DNA from: Edaphobacter aggregans | GTDB lineage: Bacteria; Acidobacteriota; Terriglobia; Terriglobales; Acidobacteriaceae | Assembly (NCBI RefSeq): GCF_003945235.1 | Contig: NZ_RSDW01000001.1 | Span: 4,290,001-4,322,000, forward strand | DNA: 32,000 nt | Direction of reading: 5' to 3' | Shown here: positions 24,629 through 32,000 of the stretch, one piece after another | Layout of the letters: every line of letters starts with the position of its first letter | Numbering within the stretch: position 1 is the first letter of the stretch | The notes under the pieces: generated by a model | Database searches by the model: none | What the model was told of the DNA's origin: nothing | What the model saw: the letters and a program-made list of their open reading frames with translations, nothing else | Made by a program: the position numbers and the translations under genes

Positions 24629-25926
24629 CGGCGGCTCACCGCACTCTCTCCCAGTAACTTCAAAAGTGCTTCAATCGTCCGAGGTGTAGCTCCGGACTGT
24701 GCTTCAAACACAGCGCGGCCATGCTCGCCCATGCTCTGCGCCTCAGACGTATGACGAAGCATATCGACAATCGTCGCGGCAAGAGCCTCTGCCGGAACAA
24801 TGCGGATCGCATCACTCGACTGCATAGCGTCGACGATCTCCCGAAAGTTCTGAAACGAGGGGCCCACCAGCACCGGAACGCCGAACTGCGCTGGTTCTAA
24901 AGGATTATGTCCGCCTGACGGTATCAGGCTTCCACCCACAAATGCCAGAGTCCCGAGCGAATAAATCGACGCAAGATCGCCAATGGTATCCAGTAAGAAA
25001 ACACTCCCGGGAAGAACAGACACCGGATGTTGGCCGAATTCGCTGGCTTTCTGGGTAGAAAATCCGCGCTCTGCGATTAGCGTTTCAACCGTGGCGAAGC
25101 GATCAGGATGGCGTGGCGCCAGCACCATGAAGGCGCGTGGTTCGGCAGCAAGCACCGTTGGCCACGCGTCGAGCAGCATGCGCTCCTCGCCGTCGAGCGT
25201 ACTGCCGCAAACGACGACTGCAGCGTCAGTTGGCAGGTTAGCGCGCAGCGATTCGGTAAGCGCGTTAGTCTTGGCCGTCCGCACGTCGTACTTCAGGTTT
25301 CCGGTCGCATGGACGCGATCTGCGGGAGCACCGATGCGTACCAGCCGATCGGCGTTCTCCTGGCTCTGCGCGAGATAGAGCGAAATCTTCTCGAGCAGTG
25401 GCCGCCATAACCGCCGCAGCCGCAGATAACGCGGCAAAGACCGGTCCGAGATACGCGCGTTCACCACCGCGATGGGAATCCCTCCGCGGGCGCACCGGTC
25501 GATCAGGTTCGGCCAAAGCTCACTTTCCATGAGTACGAGCGTCTTTGGATGCAGGACGCGCAGATAGCGCTGTATGACGAACGCGAAATCAAGCGGGAGA
25601 TAGAAGACCGGTGACTCGGGCAATCTCTCCCGCGCCAGCCGCTGCCCGGTTGCGGTCGTCGTGGAAACAGCGATGACCCAGCCGGGCAAAGCGGCCCGAA
25701 GCTCGCGGATGAGCTGGGTTGCGGCCATGACCTCGCCCACGGAGACTGCATGGAGCCAAATCACGTTGCGCCCTGCCACCGCCGCGCGCAGCTCATCGGG
25801 AACGCGACCCAACCTTCCGGCCAGCCCGGCGCGGTACCGTCCGCTGGTCGCCATCCGCACAATCCAGTAAGGCGCTCCGAGCACCAGAGTCGCCACCAGA
25901 AGCGCGCTATACAAACCCAAAATCAA
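24625..25926 (-). CDS. waaA: 3-deoxy-D-manno-octulosonic acid (Kdo) transferase WaaA/KdtA
   Basis: The ORF is 433 aa. Supporting motifs are GRLGRVP, IWLHAVSVGE, SELWPNLI, FVGGSL...GGHNPLEPA. The ORF track puts a TTG start at 25926, and the exact start is uncertain. Confidence 0.9.
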   Translation of the reverse strand: MILGLYSALLVATLVLGAPYWIVRMATSGRYRAGLAGRLGRVPDELRAAVAGRNVIWLHAVSVGEVMAATQLIRELRAALPGWVIAVSTTTATGQRLARERLPESPVFYLPLDFAFVIQRYLRVLHPKTLVLMESELWPNLIDRCARGGIPIAVVNARISDRSLPRYLRLRRLWRPLLEKISLYLAQSQENADRLVRIGAPADRVHATGNLKYDVRTAKTNALTESLRANLPTDAAVVVCGSTLDGEERMLLDAWPTVLAAEPRAFMVLAPRHPDRFATVETLIAERGFSTQKASEFGQHPVSVLPGSVFLLDTIGDLASIYSLGTLAFVGGSLIPSGGHNPLEPAQFGVPVLVGPSFQNFREIVDAMQSSDAIRIVPAEALAATIVDMLRHTSEAQSMGEHGRAVFEAQSGATPRTIEALLKLLGESAVSRR

Positions 25927-25965
25927 ATCTTCCCACCCTTTTCTTTACCTTGTGTGTCAGCGAAG

Positions 25966-26673
25966 ATGATAATCAACTTGGCTATGACGTCCTATCGGTC
26001 CCTGAAGTTTCCGCTCATTTTAGTAACGTTCTGCGCTCTGACGAGCGCGCATGCGGCCGACAAAAAAGCGCCGCCCCCCAAACCCGCCAATCAATACGCG
26101 GCCTTCGACACGCATCCTGACGAGCACGTCACCGTAGCCGCCGAGCCGTGCAACGATCCGGACCAGTGCAGCTTCTTCCGGCTGCAATATATTCAGCACG
26201 GGTTTATCCCGATTCGCGTCATCATCACCAACGACAGCGACACAGCGCTGAACCTCGACGAAGTGCGCATGCAGTTCATCTCCGCGAACCACGACGTTGT
26301 TCCCGCCGCACTGCCCGACGATCTCAACCGCCGCCTCTTCTCGACTAAAAGCGCGATGGGCACGAAGATTCCAATGGTCCCCCTTACGATTCATCATGCT
26401 CCGGTCGACAAGAAGATCACGCAGGACGATGAAGAATTCGGCTTTCCCGGCACCACGGTCAATGCTCACAGCACACTCGCGGGGTATCTCTTCTACGACG
26501 TCCATGGACTCGACGACCCACCACTCAAAGACGCGCAATTCTACGTAAAAATGATCCGCACACTCGACGGCAAAAAAGAACTGTTCGCCTTCTCGATCCC
26601 GCTGAACAAGTGGCTGGCTGCCAGTTCGCACACCGCCACAGAGAGCGCTAAGCCGGAAAGCCAGAAGAACTGA
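25966..26673 (+). CDS. Hypothetical secreted protein (no family recognised)
   Basis: The frame is 25750..26673. The upstream part overlaps waaA on the opposite strand, so I start at ATG 25966 (or 25984). That start gives M(IINLAM)TSYRSLKFPLILVTFCALTSAHA-ADKK as a signal peptide. I recognise no motif in the rest. Confidence 0.6.
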   Translation: MIINLAMTSYRSLKFPLILVTFCALTSAHAADKKAPPPKPANQYAAFDTHPDEHVTVAAEPCNDPDQCSFFRLQYIQHGFIPIRVIITNDSDTALNLDEVRMQFISANHDVVPAALPDDLNRRLFSTKSAMGTKIPMVPLTIHHAPVDKKITQDDEEFGFPGTTVNAHSTLAGYLFYDVHGLDDPPLKDAQFYVKMIRTLDGKKELFAFSIPLNKWLAASSHTATESAKPESQKN

Positions 26674-26725
26674 TCCTGCTGCAACCGTATGCTGATCTGA
26701 AGTCTTTGAGGCCGAGTCCGCGACC

Positions 26726-27211
26726 ATGCTCAACATTCGCCCTGCCACGCCCGCCGACGTCCCGCACATCCTCGCCTTCATCCACGACCTCGCCGAGTAC
26801 GAGCGCCAGCCCGACGCCGTCAAGGCCACCGAAGCCGACCTCCTCCGCGACGGCTTCGGCCCGACCAAGCGCTTCCACTCCCTGATCGCCGAGTGGGATG
26901 GCGCACCCGCAGGCTTTGCGCTGTACTTTTACAGCTACTCCACGTGGGAGGGCCGCGCCGGTATCTACATTGAAGATCTCTACGTCAGCTCCCATCTGCG
27001 CGGGAAGGGAATCGGCAAGGCACTCCTGACGCAGATTGCCGCCATCGCCGTGGCTGAGGGCTGTCCTCGCCTCGAGTGGAGCGTACTCGACTGGAACCAG
27101 CCATCCATCGACTTCTACCACCAGATGGGCGCTGTCATGAAGTCCGAATGGGAGGGCATGCGCGTCTCCGGCGAAGCCTTACGGGCTCTTGCGGGTAAAG
27201 CCTCGTCCTGA
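26726..27211 (+). CDS. GNAT-family N-acetyltransferase (diamine/spermidine acetyltransferase-like)
   Basis: The ORF is 161 aa. IRPATPADVPHILAFIHDLAEYE and IEDLYVSSHLRGKGIGKALL form the acetyl-CoA binding Q/RxxGxG/A region, followed by RLEWSVLDWNQPSIDFY. Confidence 0.88.
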   Translation: MLNIRPATPADVPHILAFIHDLAEYERQPDAVKATEADLLRDGFGPTKRFHSLIAEWDGAPAGFALYFYSYSTWEGRAGIYIEDLYVSSHLRGKGIGKALLTQIAAIAVAEGCPRLEWSVLDWNQPSIDFYHQMGAVMKSEWEGMRVSGEALRALAGKASS

Positions 27212-28909
27212 TCACTCAGGAGAGCCCAGGTCTGGAAAATTCGCCGGCTCTGGCGGATTGGCATGCTCGGACTCTCCGCACTTCTTGTAAGCGTGTCCTT
27301 CGAGGCAGTACGTCGTCGAAGTCGATCGCGCCTTGTGATCGTTCGCTTCGTAATCATCGAATGTCAGGTAAAGTGTGATCCGCTTCCAGTCTGGATCGAT
27401 GGCCAGGTCGGCGTTGCCAGGTAATCCGCCCTGACCGCTGAGATCCTTTTCGATCTTCAGCGCGGACCTGACCTGGCCCTTCGGTGACACAGCGTAAAGA
27501 TTGAACCCCACCACCGGGCACGAGCCGCACTGGCCCGAGCCGAATTGGCTATGAGTCCATGTGTCCGGCCCCGATCGGATCAGTGTCCATTCATCGGGCA
27601 AAATCTTGGCCTCGAAGTACTTTTCGTTGACCGAAAACTCACTATGTGTGCTGATGTCGCCCTTATGCCACCCCAGATTCGGTCCGCAAACCGTAGCGCC
27701 GTTCGCAAGCTCCTTCCAGAAGTACTTCGCCTGCGAAGCTTCAGGAGATACGCCTGCCGCGTCATACATGTAACCACCCGCTGGATTGATCAACGCAAAT
27801 GTGGACTGCAGCGTGGCATCCTTGCCCGGTTTCGTGGGGAAGAACCAGGAGCGATATTCATCCCCGTAGAGGTCGGTCTGCACAGGCTTGTTCTCGCACG
27901 GAGTGATCGAGTAGGTCCGCGGTGAAGCCAAACGCAGGTGATTGAAGGTTGCAGGCTTTCCCCACTGGCGCTTGGCCGAGGTGCTCGAATACTCTCCCAT
28001 CCTGCGCCCTTCTGCAGCGGAGCCGAAGACATCGACCATCAGGTAGAGATCCGTAAGCTTCAGTTGCTGCGCGGGCGGAAATGCAGTGTACGGAATGAAG
28101 ATGTGAAACCTGTAGCCGGTTTGGTGAAAGTCCTGGTAAGAGCGCCCATTGATAACCTGTTTCGTCTCGTGTCGGCCCTCTCCTCCGATATCCACTTTCA
28201 GACCGTCATCACTTTTTGGCTGGAGAAGGTTCGGCAGCAATTCATGAAAGAAATTAGCACTGAGCCCCGCGTAGGCCGTGAAGGCGTAGTCTTCGAAGAA
28301 ATGGCCTTGTAGCGGATAACCTATCCCAGCGCCGCTGATGAGCCACTGGCGCACAAATAACCGTTGCAGATCCCGCCGATATTGCACCTGCTCGTCGTAC
28401 CAGCGTTGGCAATTCTTCCTTCCGGCATCGCTCTCGACCCCGAAGCCGGCATCGCGCATACAGTCTTCTCGACCCTTAAGCTCGGTCTTGCCAAACTGAC
28501 TGCCCCACCCTATCGCAGGCATCGGCACATCGGGCGAAGCTGCCAGCCACACCTCAATGTGATCGCCTGCGAGCATCTCGGACTTCTGTTGCGGCCAGTG
28601 AAAGCCCTCCTGATCCGCCTGCACACGTCCCCAGATGTGGAGACCCTCGTCGGTCGAGCGCAGCCAGATATCGCCGGGATGCGCCTGTGGCGAATGCGGA
28701 ATAAGAGCCAACGTCGGCGGCGTGGCAAAGATCCCCTGTGGCGGCGACGTCCACATATCCTGCTGGGCCTTGCTGATCTCAGCAGTACTAGCGCCAGCCA
28801 CCGTAGCGACACTCGCGATCTGAGCTTGAGTCTGCGCTCCCGCCTGCATCGGGGAACCGATAGCAACCATCAACACGAGGGAGAAAGGTACAGTCTTCAA
28901 AGGAAGCAT
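27212..28909 (-). CDS. Hypothetical 565-aa secreted protein (possible CBM9/DOMON-like N-terminal region; unassigned)
   Basis: This is a long ORF with signal peptide MLPLKTVPFSLVLMVAIGSPMQAGAQ. Its codon usage is coherent. I have no confident family match. The segments IWLRSTDEGLHIWGRV, GDHIEVWL and YRFHIFIPYTAF only loosely recall CBM9-like folds. Confidence 0.65.
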   Translation of the reverse strand: MLPLKTVPFSLVLMVAIGSPMQAGAQTQAQIASVATVAGASTAEISKAQQDMWTSPPQGIFATPPTLALIPHSPQAHPGDIWLRSTDEGLHIWGRVQADQEGFHWPQQKSEMLAGDHIEVWLAASPDVPMPAIGWGSQFGKTELKGREDCMRDAGFGVESDAGRKNCQRWYDEQVQYRRDLQRLFVRQWLISGAGIGYPLQGHFFEDYAFTAYAGLSANFFHELLPNLLQPKSDDGLKVDIGGEGRHETKQVINGRSYQDFHQTGYRFHIFIPYTAFPPAQQLKLTDLYLMVDVFGSAAEGRRMGEYSSTSAKRQWGKPATFNHLRLASPRTYSITPCENKPVQTDLYGDEYRSWFFPTKPGKDATLQSTFALINPAGGYMYDAAGVSPEASQAKYFWKELANGATVCGPNLGWHKGDISTHSEFSVNEKYFEAKILPDEWTLIRSGPDTWTHSQFGSGQCGSCPVVGFNLYAVSPKGQVRSALKIEKDLSGQGGLPGNADLAIDPDWKRITLYLTFDDYEANDHKARSTSTTYCLEGHAYKKCGESEHANPPEPANFPDLGSPE

Positions 28910-29021
28910 GGGTTCGTTCGTTCGGTAAAAAGCGCAGCCAGTGATGGAACTATAAACGACTCTGAAGGATCGGTCTTTGAGTAATTAGCAGGGGGGCGAC
29001 ACATGACAGTACAGAAGATCA

Positions 29022-29056
29022 GAGTAAAAAGCGGGCGCAGTCTCACGCCCGCTTCT
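29022..29056 (-). terminator. Rho-independent terminator after the PEP-CTERM gene
   Basis: AAGCGGGCG (29029-29037) pairs with CGCCCGCTT (29046-29054) across an 8-nt loop. On the minus strand the hairpin is followed by TTTTTACT. It lies 23 nt downstream of the stop at 29077. On the plus strand it is also followed by a T-rich run (CTTGTTTTC). Confidence 0.75.
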
Positions 29057-29076
29057 TGTTTTCGAAGAGAGTCGAA

Positions 29077-29766
29077 CTATGCGTCAAAGCCCAGTGAGTG
29101 CTTGCTCCTTCGCCTCAACACATCGACCAGACCAAACAGCCCGGTGCCCATCAACAACAGGGAACCCGGCTCTGGAATGGGAGAGGTGCTCAGGGAGACG
29201 GGTACCGCCTGACCCTCGTTGTCCGGTTCGAGAAGCGTGGTTCCGAACGCATCGCTAACCTCGTAGGTCAGGCCAGCTTCAGGAACTACGCCATTACTCC
29301 ACAGATCGACCGTGTATCCCCCGGCCACATCAAACGCAACGCCATAAATGTCGAGGAAACCACCGGCAAATGGATAGCCCGGAGGGCCACCAGGAGTCTC
29401 AGGAGGGCATACCAGGGGCGAGTTTCCGTCCGTATAGAACAAGTTGTCATACGAGAACCCAGACGCCGTAAAAGCAGGAGCAGGGAAAGGAGGCGGACTC
29501 GAAGGTGGAGGCGCGAACTCCAACCCGGTTATCGCTCCGGAGAAGTTAGCAGAGGCGTTTGTATCCGAAAAGAAGCCGCTGATCCCCGTAATCGTATCGG
29601 TACCAGGCGTCGCTGTCGGCGAAACGGTTATGATGCCGGAGGCACTGATGCCACCGCCACTGAATGCAAAGGTGAACGAGTCGGCCATAGCCGTCTGCGT
29701 AGTAAGGGTTCCTGCCAATCCAAGTAAAGCCAACAGAATCCACCGTGACGGTGCCTGTGCAGCCAT
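29077..29766 (-). CDS. PEP-CTERM sorting-domain secreted protein
   Basis: The frame is 29077..29976, trimmed to ATG 29764-29766 with GGGAG 4 nt upstream. That start gives MAAQAPSRWILLALLGLAGTLTTQTAMA as a signal peptide. The C-terminus SPIPEPGSLLLMGTGLFGLVDVLRRR has the full PEP-CTERM layout: a PEP motif, a TM helix and an Arg cluster. Confidence 0.85.
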   Translation of the reverse strand: MAAQAPSRWILLALLGLAGTLTTQTAMADSFTFAFSGGGISASGIITVSPTATPGTDTITGISGFFSDTNASANFSGAITGLEFAPPPSSPPPFPAPAFTASGFSYDNLFYTDGNSPLVCPPETPGGPPGYPFAGGFLDIYGVAFDVAGGYTVDLWSNGVVPEAGLTYEVSDAFGTTLLEPDNEGQAVPVSLSTSPIPEPGSLLLMGTGLFGLVDVLRRRSKHSLGFDA

Positions 29767-30229
29767 TGCGCTCCCAGATGCCCGGCACACTTCTACGGAC
29801 GAGGGCGTTTTTTCCCAGAATGAAATCTTCACTTGCTTCTCCTTGAGGTTGCTTGCGGATGATCGATCGGGGCCCGGATAAATCTGGGGAGGAGCCCAAG
29901 AGTACCACAGCATCCCGCCCACATCTGAAAGATGTCGGGTCTGGTGCTCCCATTCATCGCGTGAGTAGGCAATCACGCGTAACGAGATCCCTTTACCGAG
30001 GCATCGAGCTCCCGCTTGTTCTCCATAGAGCCCTTGACGCCGCCGCTATAATAAAAACAGGGGGCAAGACCGAAATCAGACATGCGCACTGCGGCGTGAA
30101 CGCAGCTAAGTCCCATGCATGTAAGACTTTACGGCGATGCACCCTTTGATATCAGGACTTTAGCACAGAGGTCCAAAGCTAAGTCACATGATTAGAAGAC
30201 CTTGCAGCAAAAGTATGGGGGTAAGGTAC

Positions 30230-31756
30230 ATGGCAGCAAAGAAGATCAAGGTGATCGGCGGAGGCCTCGCAGGCCCGGAAGCCGCCCTCCAAGCTGCGCG
30301 CTTTGGCTGCCAGGTTGACCTCTACGAGATGCGCCCCACGCGCTCTACCGAGGCCCACCAGACCTCCGACTTCGCTGAACTCGTCTGCTCCAACTCCCTC
30401 AAGTCCGAGTCCGAAAATACCCCCCCTTGGCTCCTCAAGCAGGAGATGCGCCGCGCCGGTTCAGTGCTTCTTACCGAGGCCGACGCCTCCGCCGTACCCG
30501 CCGGACACGCCCTCGCCGTCGACCGCGTCGAGTTTTCGCGCCGCGTAGCCGACCGCATCGCCGCCGAGCCCCGCATCACCGTCCACCGCGAAGAGGTGAC
30601 CACGCTGGACGAGAACGACCCCGACACCATCACCATCCTCGCCAGCGGTCCCCTTACCTCGCCCGCCCTCGCCGCCGAGCTCCAGCGCCTCACCGGAGCT
30701 GACCAGCTAGCCTTCTACGACTCCATCAGCCCCATCGTCGACGCCACCACCATCGACATGGACAAGGTTTACTTCGCCGCCCGCTGGGACAAAGGCACCG
30801 CTGACTACATCAACTGCCCCTTCACCAAAGAAGAGTACGACCGCTTCCTCGACGCCCTCACCACCGCCGAAGCCGTCCCCGCCAAAGAGTGGGAGCAAAT
30901 CCCAACCGCTTCACAAAAGCGTCATCCTGAGCGGAGTGGTGAAACCACGGAGTCGAAGGACCCCGAAGGTGCTGACATCATCAACGCTGTCGGCCGGCTT
31001 TCAACCTCTACTGCTACGCTCCTTCACGAATCAGGAAAGCTCCAGTACTTCGAAGGCTGCCTGCCCATCGAAGAGACCGCCCGCCGCGGCCGCGACACCC
31101 TTCGCTTCGGCCCTATGAAGCCCGCGGGTCTCACCAATCCGAAGACCGGTAAATGGCCTTACGCGGTCGTCCAGTTGCGTCAGGAAAACCTCCGCGCCGA
31201 CTCCTACAACCTCGTCGGCTTCCAGAACCACCTCAAGTTCGGCGAACAGGCCCGCGTCCTCCGCCTCATCCCCGGCCTCGAAAACGCGACCTTCCTGCGC
31301 TACGGCCAGATTCACCGCAACAGCTACATCAACGCCCCAGCGCTCCTCACCGAGACGCTCCAGCTCAAAGCCCACCCGTCCATCATGATTGCCGGCCAGC
31401 TCAGCGGCGTCGAGGGCTACACCGAATCCATCGCCTCAGGCATGCTGGCTGGACGTTACGCCGCCGCGATCGCTCAAGGCATCACGCCGACTCCCGCTCC
31501 GCGGGGAAGCGCCAACGGCAGCCTGACCCACTACATCACTCACGCTGAGTCGAAAAGATTCCAACCCGCCAACATCACCTTTGACCTGCTTCTACCGCTC
31601 GAACCAGAGCTTCGCAAAAAAATGCGCGACAAAAAGGAACGCCACAAGCTCCAGTGTGATCGTGCGCTCGAAGCGTGGGCCGCGTGGCTCAATGGTGTTG
31701 AACAAAACTCTGTTCACGTCGAATCCGCTGCGATACTCTCATCGAACACCCCATGA
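30230..31756 (+). CDS. trmFO: Methylenetetrahydrofolate--tRNA-(uracil54-C5)-methyltransferase TrmFO, carrying an extra internal segment
   Basis: The frame is 30188..31756, and I start it at ATG 30230 (MAAKKIKVIGGGLAGPEAA, an FAD-binding GxGxxG). Supporting motifs are ELVCSNSLK, GPLTS, YFEGCLPIEE, FGPMKPAGL, YAVVQLRQEN, GFQNHLK and AGQLSGVEGYTES. At 508 aa it is about 50-70 aa longer than the TrmFO proteins I remember. Confidence 0.9.
   Translation: MAAKKIKVIGGGLAGPEAALQAARFGCQVDLYEMRPTRSTEAHQTSDFAELVCSNSLKSESENTPPWLLKQEMRRAGSVLLTEADASAVPAGHALAVDRVEFSRRVADRIAAEPRITVHREEVTTLDENDPDTITILASGPLTSPALAAELQRLTGADQLAFYDSISPIVDATTIDMDKVYFAARWDKGTADYINCPFTKEEYDRFLDALTTAEAVPAKEWEQIPTASQKRHPERSGETTESKDPEGADIINAVGRLSTSTATLLHESGKLQYFEGCLPIEETARRGRDTLRFGPMKPAGLTNPKTGKWPYAVVQLRQENLRADSYNLVGFQNHLKFGEQARVLRLIPGLENATFLRYGQIHRNSYINAPALLTETLQLKAHPSIMIAGQLSGVEGYTESIASGMLAGRYAAAIAQGITPTPAPRGSANGSLTHYITHAESKRFQPANITFDLLLPLEPELRKKMRDKKERHKLQCDRALEAWAAWLNGVEQNSVHVESAAILSSNTP
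30916..30963 (+). repeat. Repeat core inside trmFO (AAAGCGTCATCCTGAGCGGAGTGGTGAAACCACGGAGTCGAAGGACCC)
   Basis: This copy is related to the one at 15959-15990. It contains an internal GTGG-TGAAA-CCAC mini-hairpin. It lies inside the 141-nt segment of trmFO that has no counterpart in other TrmFO proteins. Confidence 0.45.
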
Positions 31757-32000
31757 GAACCCTTTCTGCGACAGATGCATTTACGCCTGCGATCGAACGT
31801 ACCAAAGCGATACTCCGGCCTTTTTCCCTGAAGCTCTGGCTAAAGCTTGGCCTGGTAGCGCTCATCGCCGAGATGGGCATGCAGTTCATCTTTCCGCCGG
31901 TTGGTGGGCCGCCCCACTCGTCGTCCTCAGGCATTGGCGCCTCCGCAGGAGGAGTGAATCCGCTTCTCATCACCGTGTTTGTCGTTGCAGGAGTGGTGAT
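31753..32000 (+). CDS. Hypothetical membrane protein (partial; continues beyond the window end)
   Basis: This gene is missing from the ORF track because it has no in-window stop. ATG 31753-31755 overlaps the trmFO TGA (ATGA). The open frame continues to 32000: MRTLSATDAFTPAIERTKAILRPFSLKLWLKLGLVALIAEMGMQFIFPP...NPLLITVFVVAGVV, with hydrophobic helices. Confidence 0.5.
   Translation, partial: MRTLSATDAFTPAIERTKAILRPFSLKLWLKLGLVALIAEMGMQFIFPPVGGPPHSSSSGIGASAGGVNPLLITVFVVAGVV

Noticed and set aside
29767-29976. N-terminal extensions offered by the longest-ORF track. Examples are 29767-29976 for the PEP-CTERM gene, 13512-13784 for ThuA-like paralog 1, 19984-20151 for the TPR gene, 25750-25965 for the orphan secreted protein, and 7283-7378 for the DUF5666-like gene.
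   Set aside because: The extensions precede clear signal peptides that would then become internal. They use TTG/GTG starts without SD, have odd composition, and in some cases overlap neighbouring genes. Internal ATG starts with SD-like sequences fit better.

Overview
This is a high-GC chromosomal segment, and its gene content suggests an Acidobacteriota (Terriglobia-like) genome. That placement is an inference from four things: an acidobacterial-type VWFA-related protein, giant CarboxypepD_reg/TonB-dependent barrel proteins, a PEP-CTERM protein, and GTCATYCTGAGCG-type repeats. I support 28 protein-coding genes, two of them truncated by the window edges. I see no rRNA, tRNA, CRISPR array, transposase, integrase or recognisable defence genes. 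Gene order from left to right: (1) A minus-strand operon of four signal-peptide proteins: DUF5666-like, then an Oar-like TonB-dependent barrel, then VWA, then TPR. (2) A VIT1/CCC1 metal transporter. (3) The ergothioneine genes egtB and egtD, separated by a 5.2-kb block holding glgX, two tandem secreted ThuA-like paralogs and a YVTN beta-propeller. (4) A 310-bp noncoding region carrying a repeat. (5) moeA, a VOC-family gene and moaC. (6) A CarboxypepD_reg+TPR protein followed by a clean terminator. (7) A tightly coupled seven-gene minus-strand operon: waaA, lpxK, a GT9 heptosyltransferase, an ICMT-family methyltransferase, DUF3108, DUF2007 and queC. (8) An orphan secreted protein, a GNAT acetyltransferase, a 565-aa orphan secreted protein and a PEP-CTERM protein. 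(9) trmFO and the start of a membrane protein. Most of this looks like ordinary core genome, and I found no clear-cut novel system. The items most worth a second look are: an in-frame insertion of about 47 codons inside trmFO that carries a repeat core; an ICMT-family methyltransferase embedded in the lipid A/Kdo operon, which could be an LmtA-like lipid A methyltransferase; the all-secreted Oar-like operon; the split egtB/egtD pair; and a striking gene-to-gene switch between G-ending and C-ending codons. The ORF track uses the longest ATG/GTG/TTG ORFs, so I moved several starts downstream. Those starts remain uncertain.
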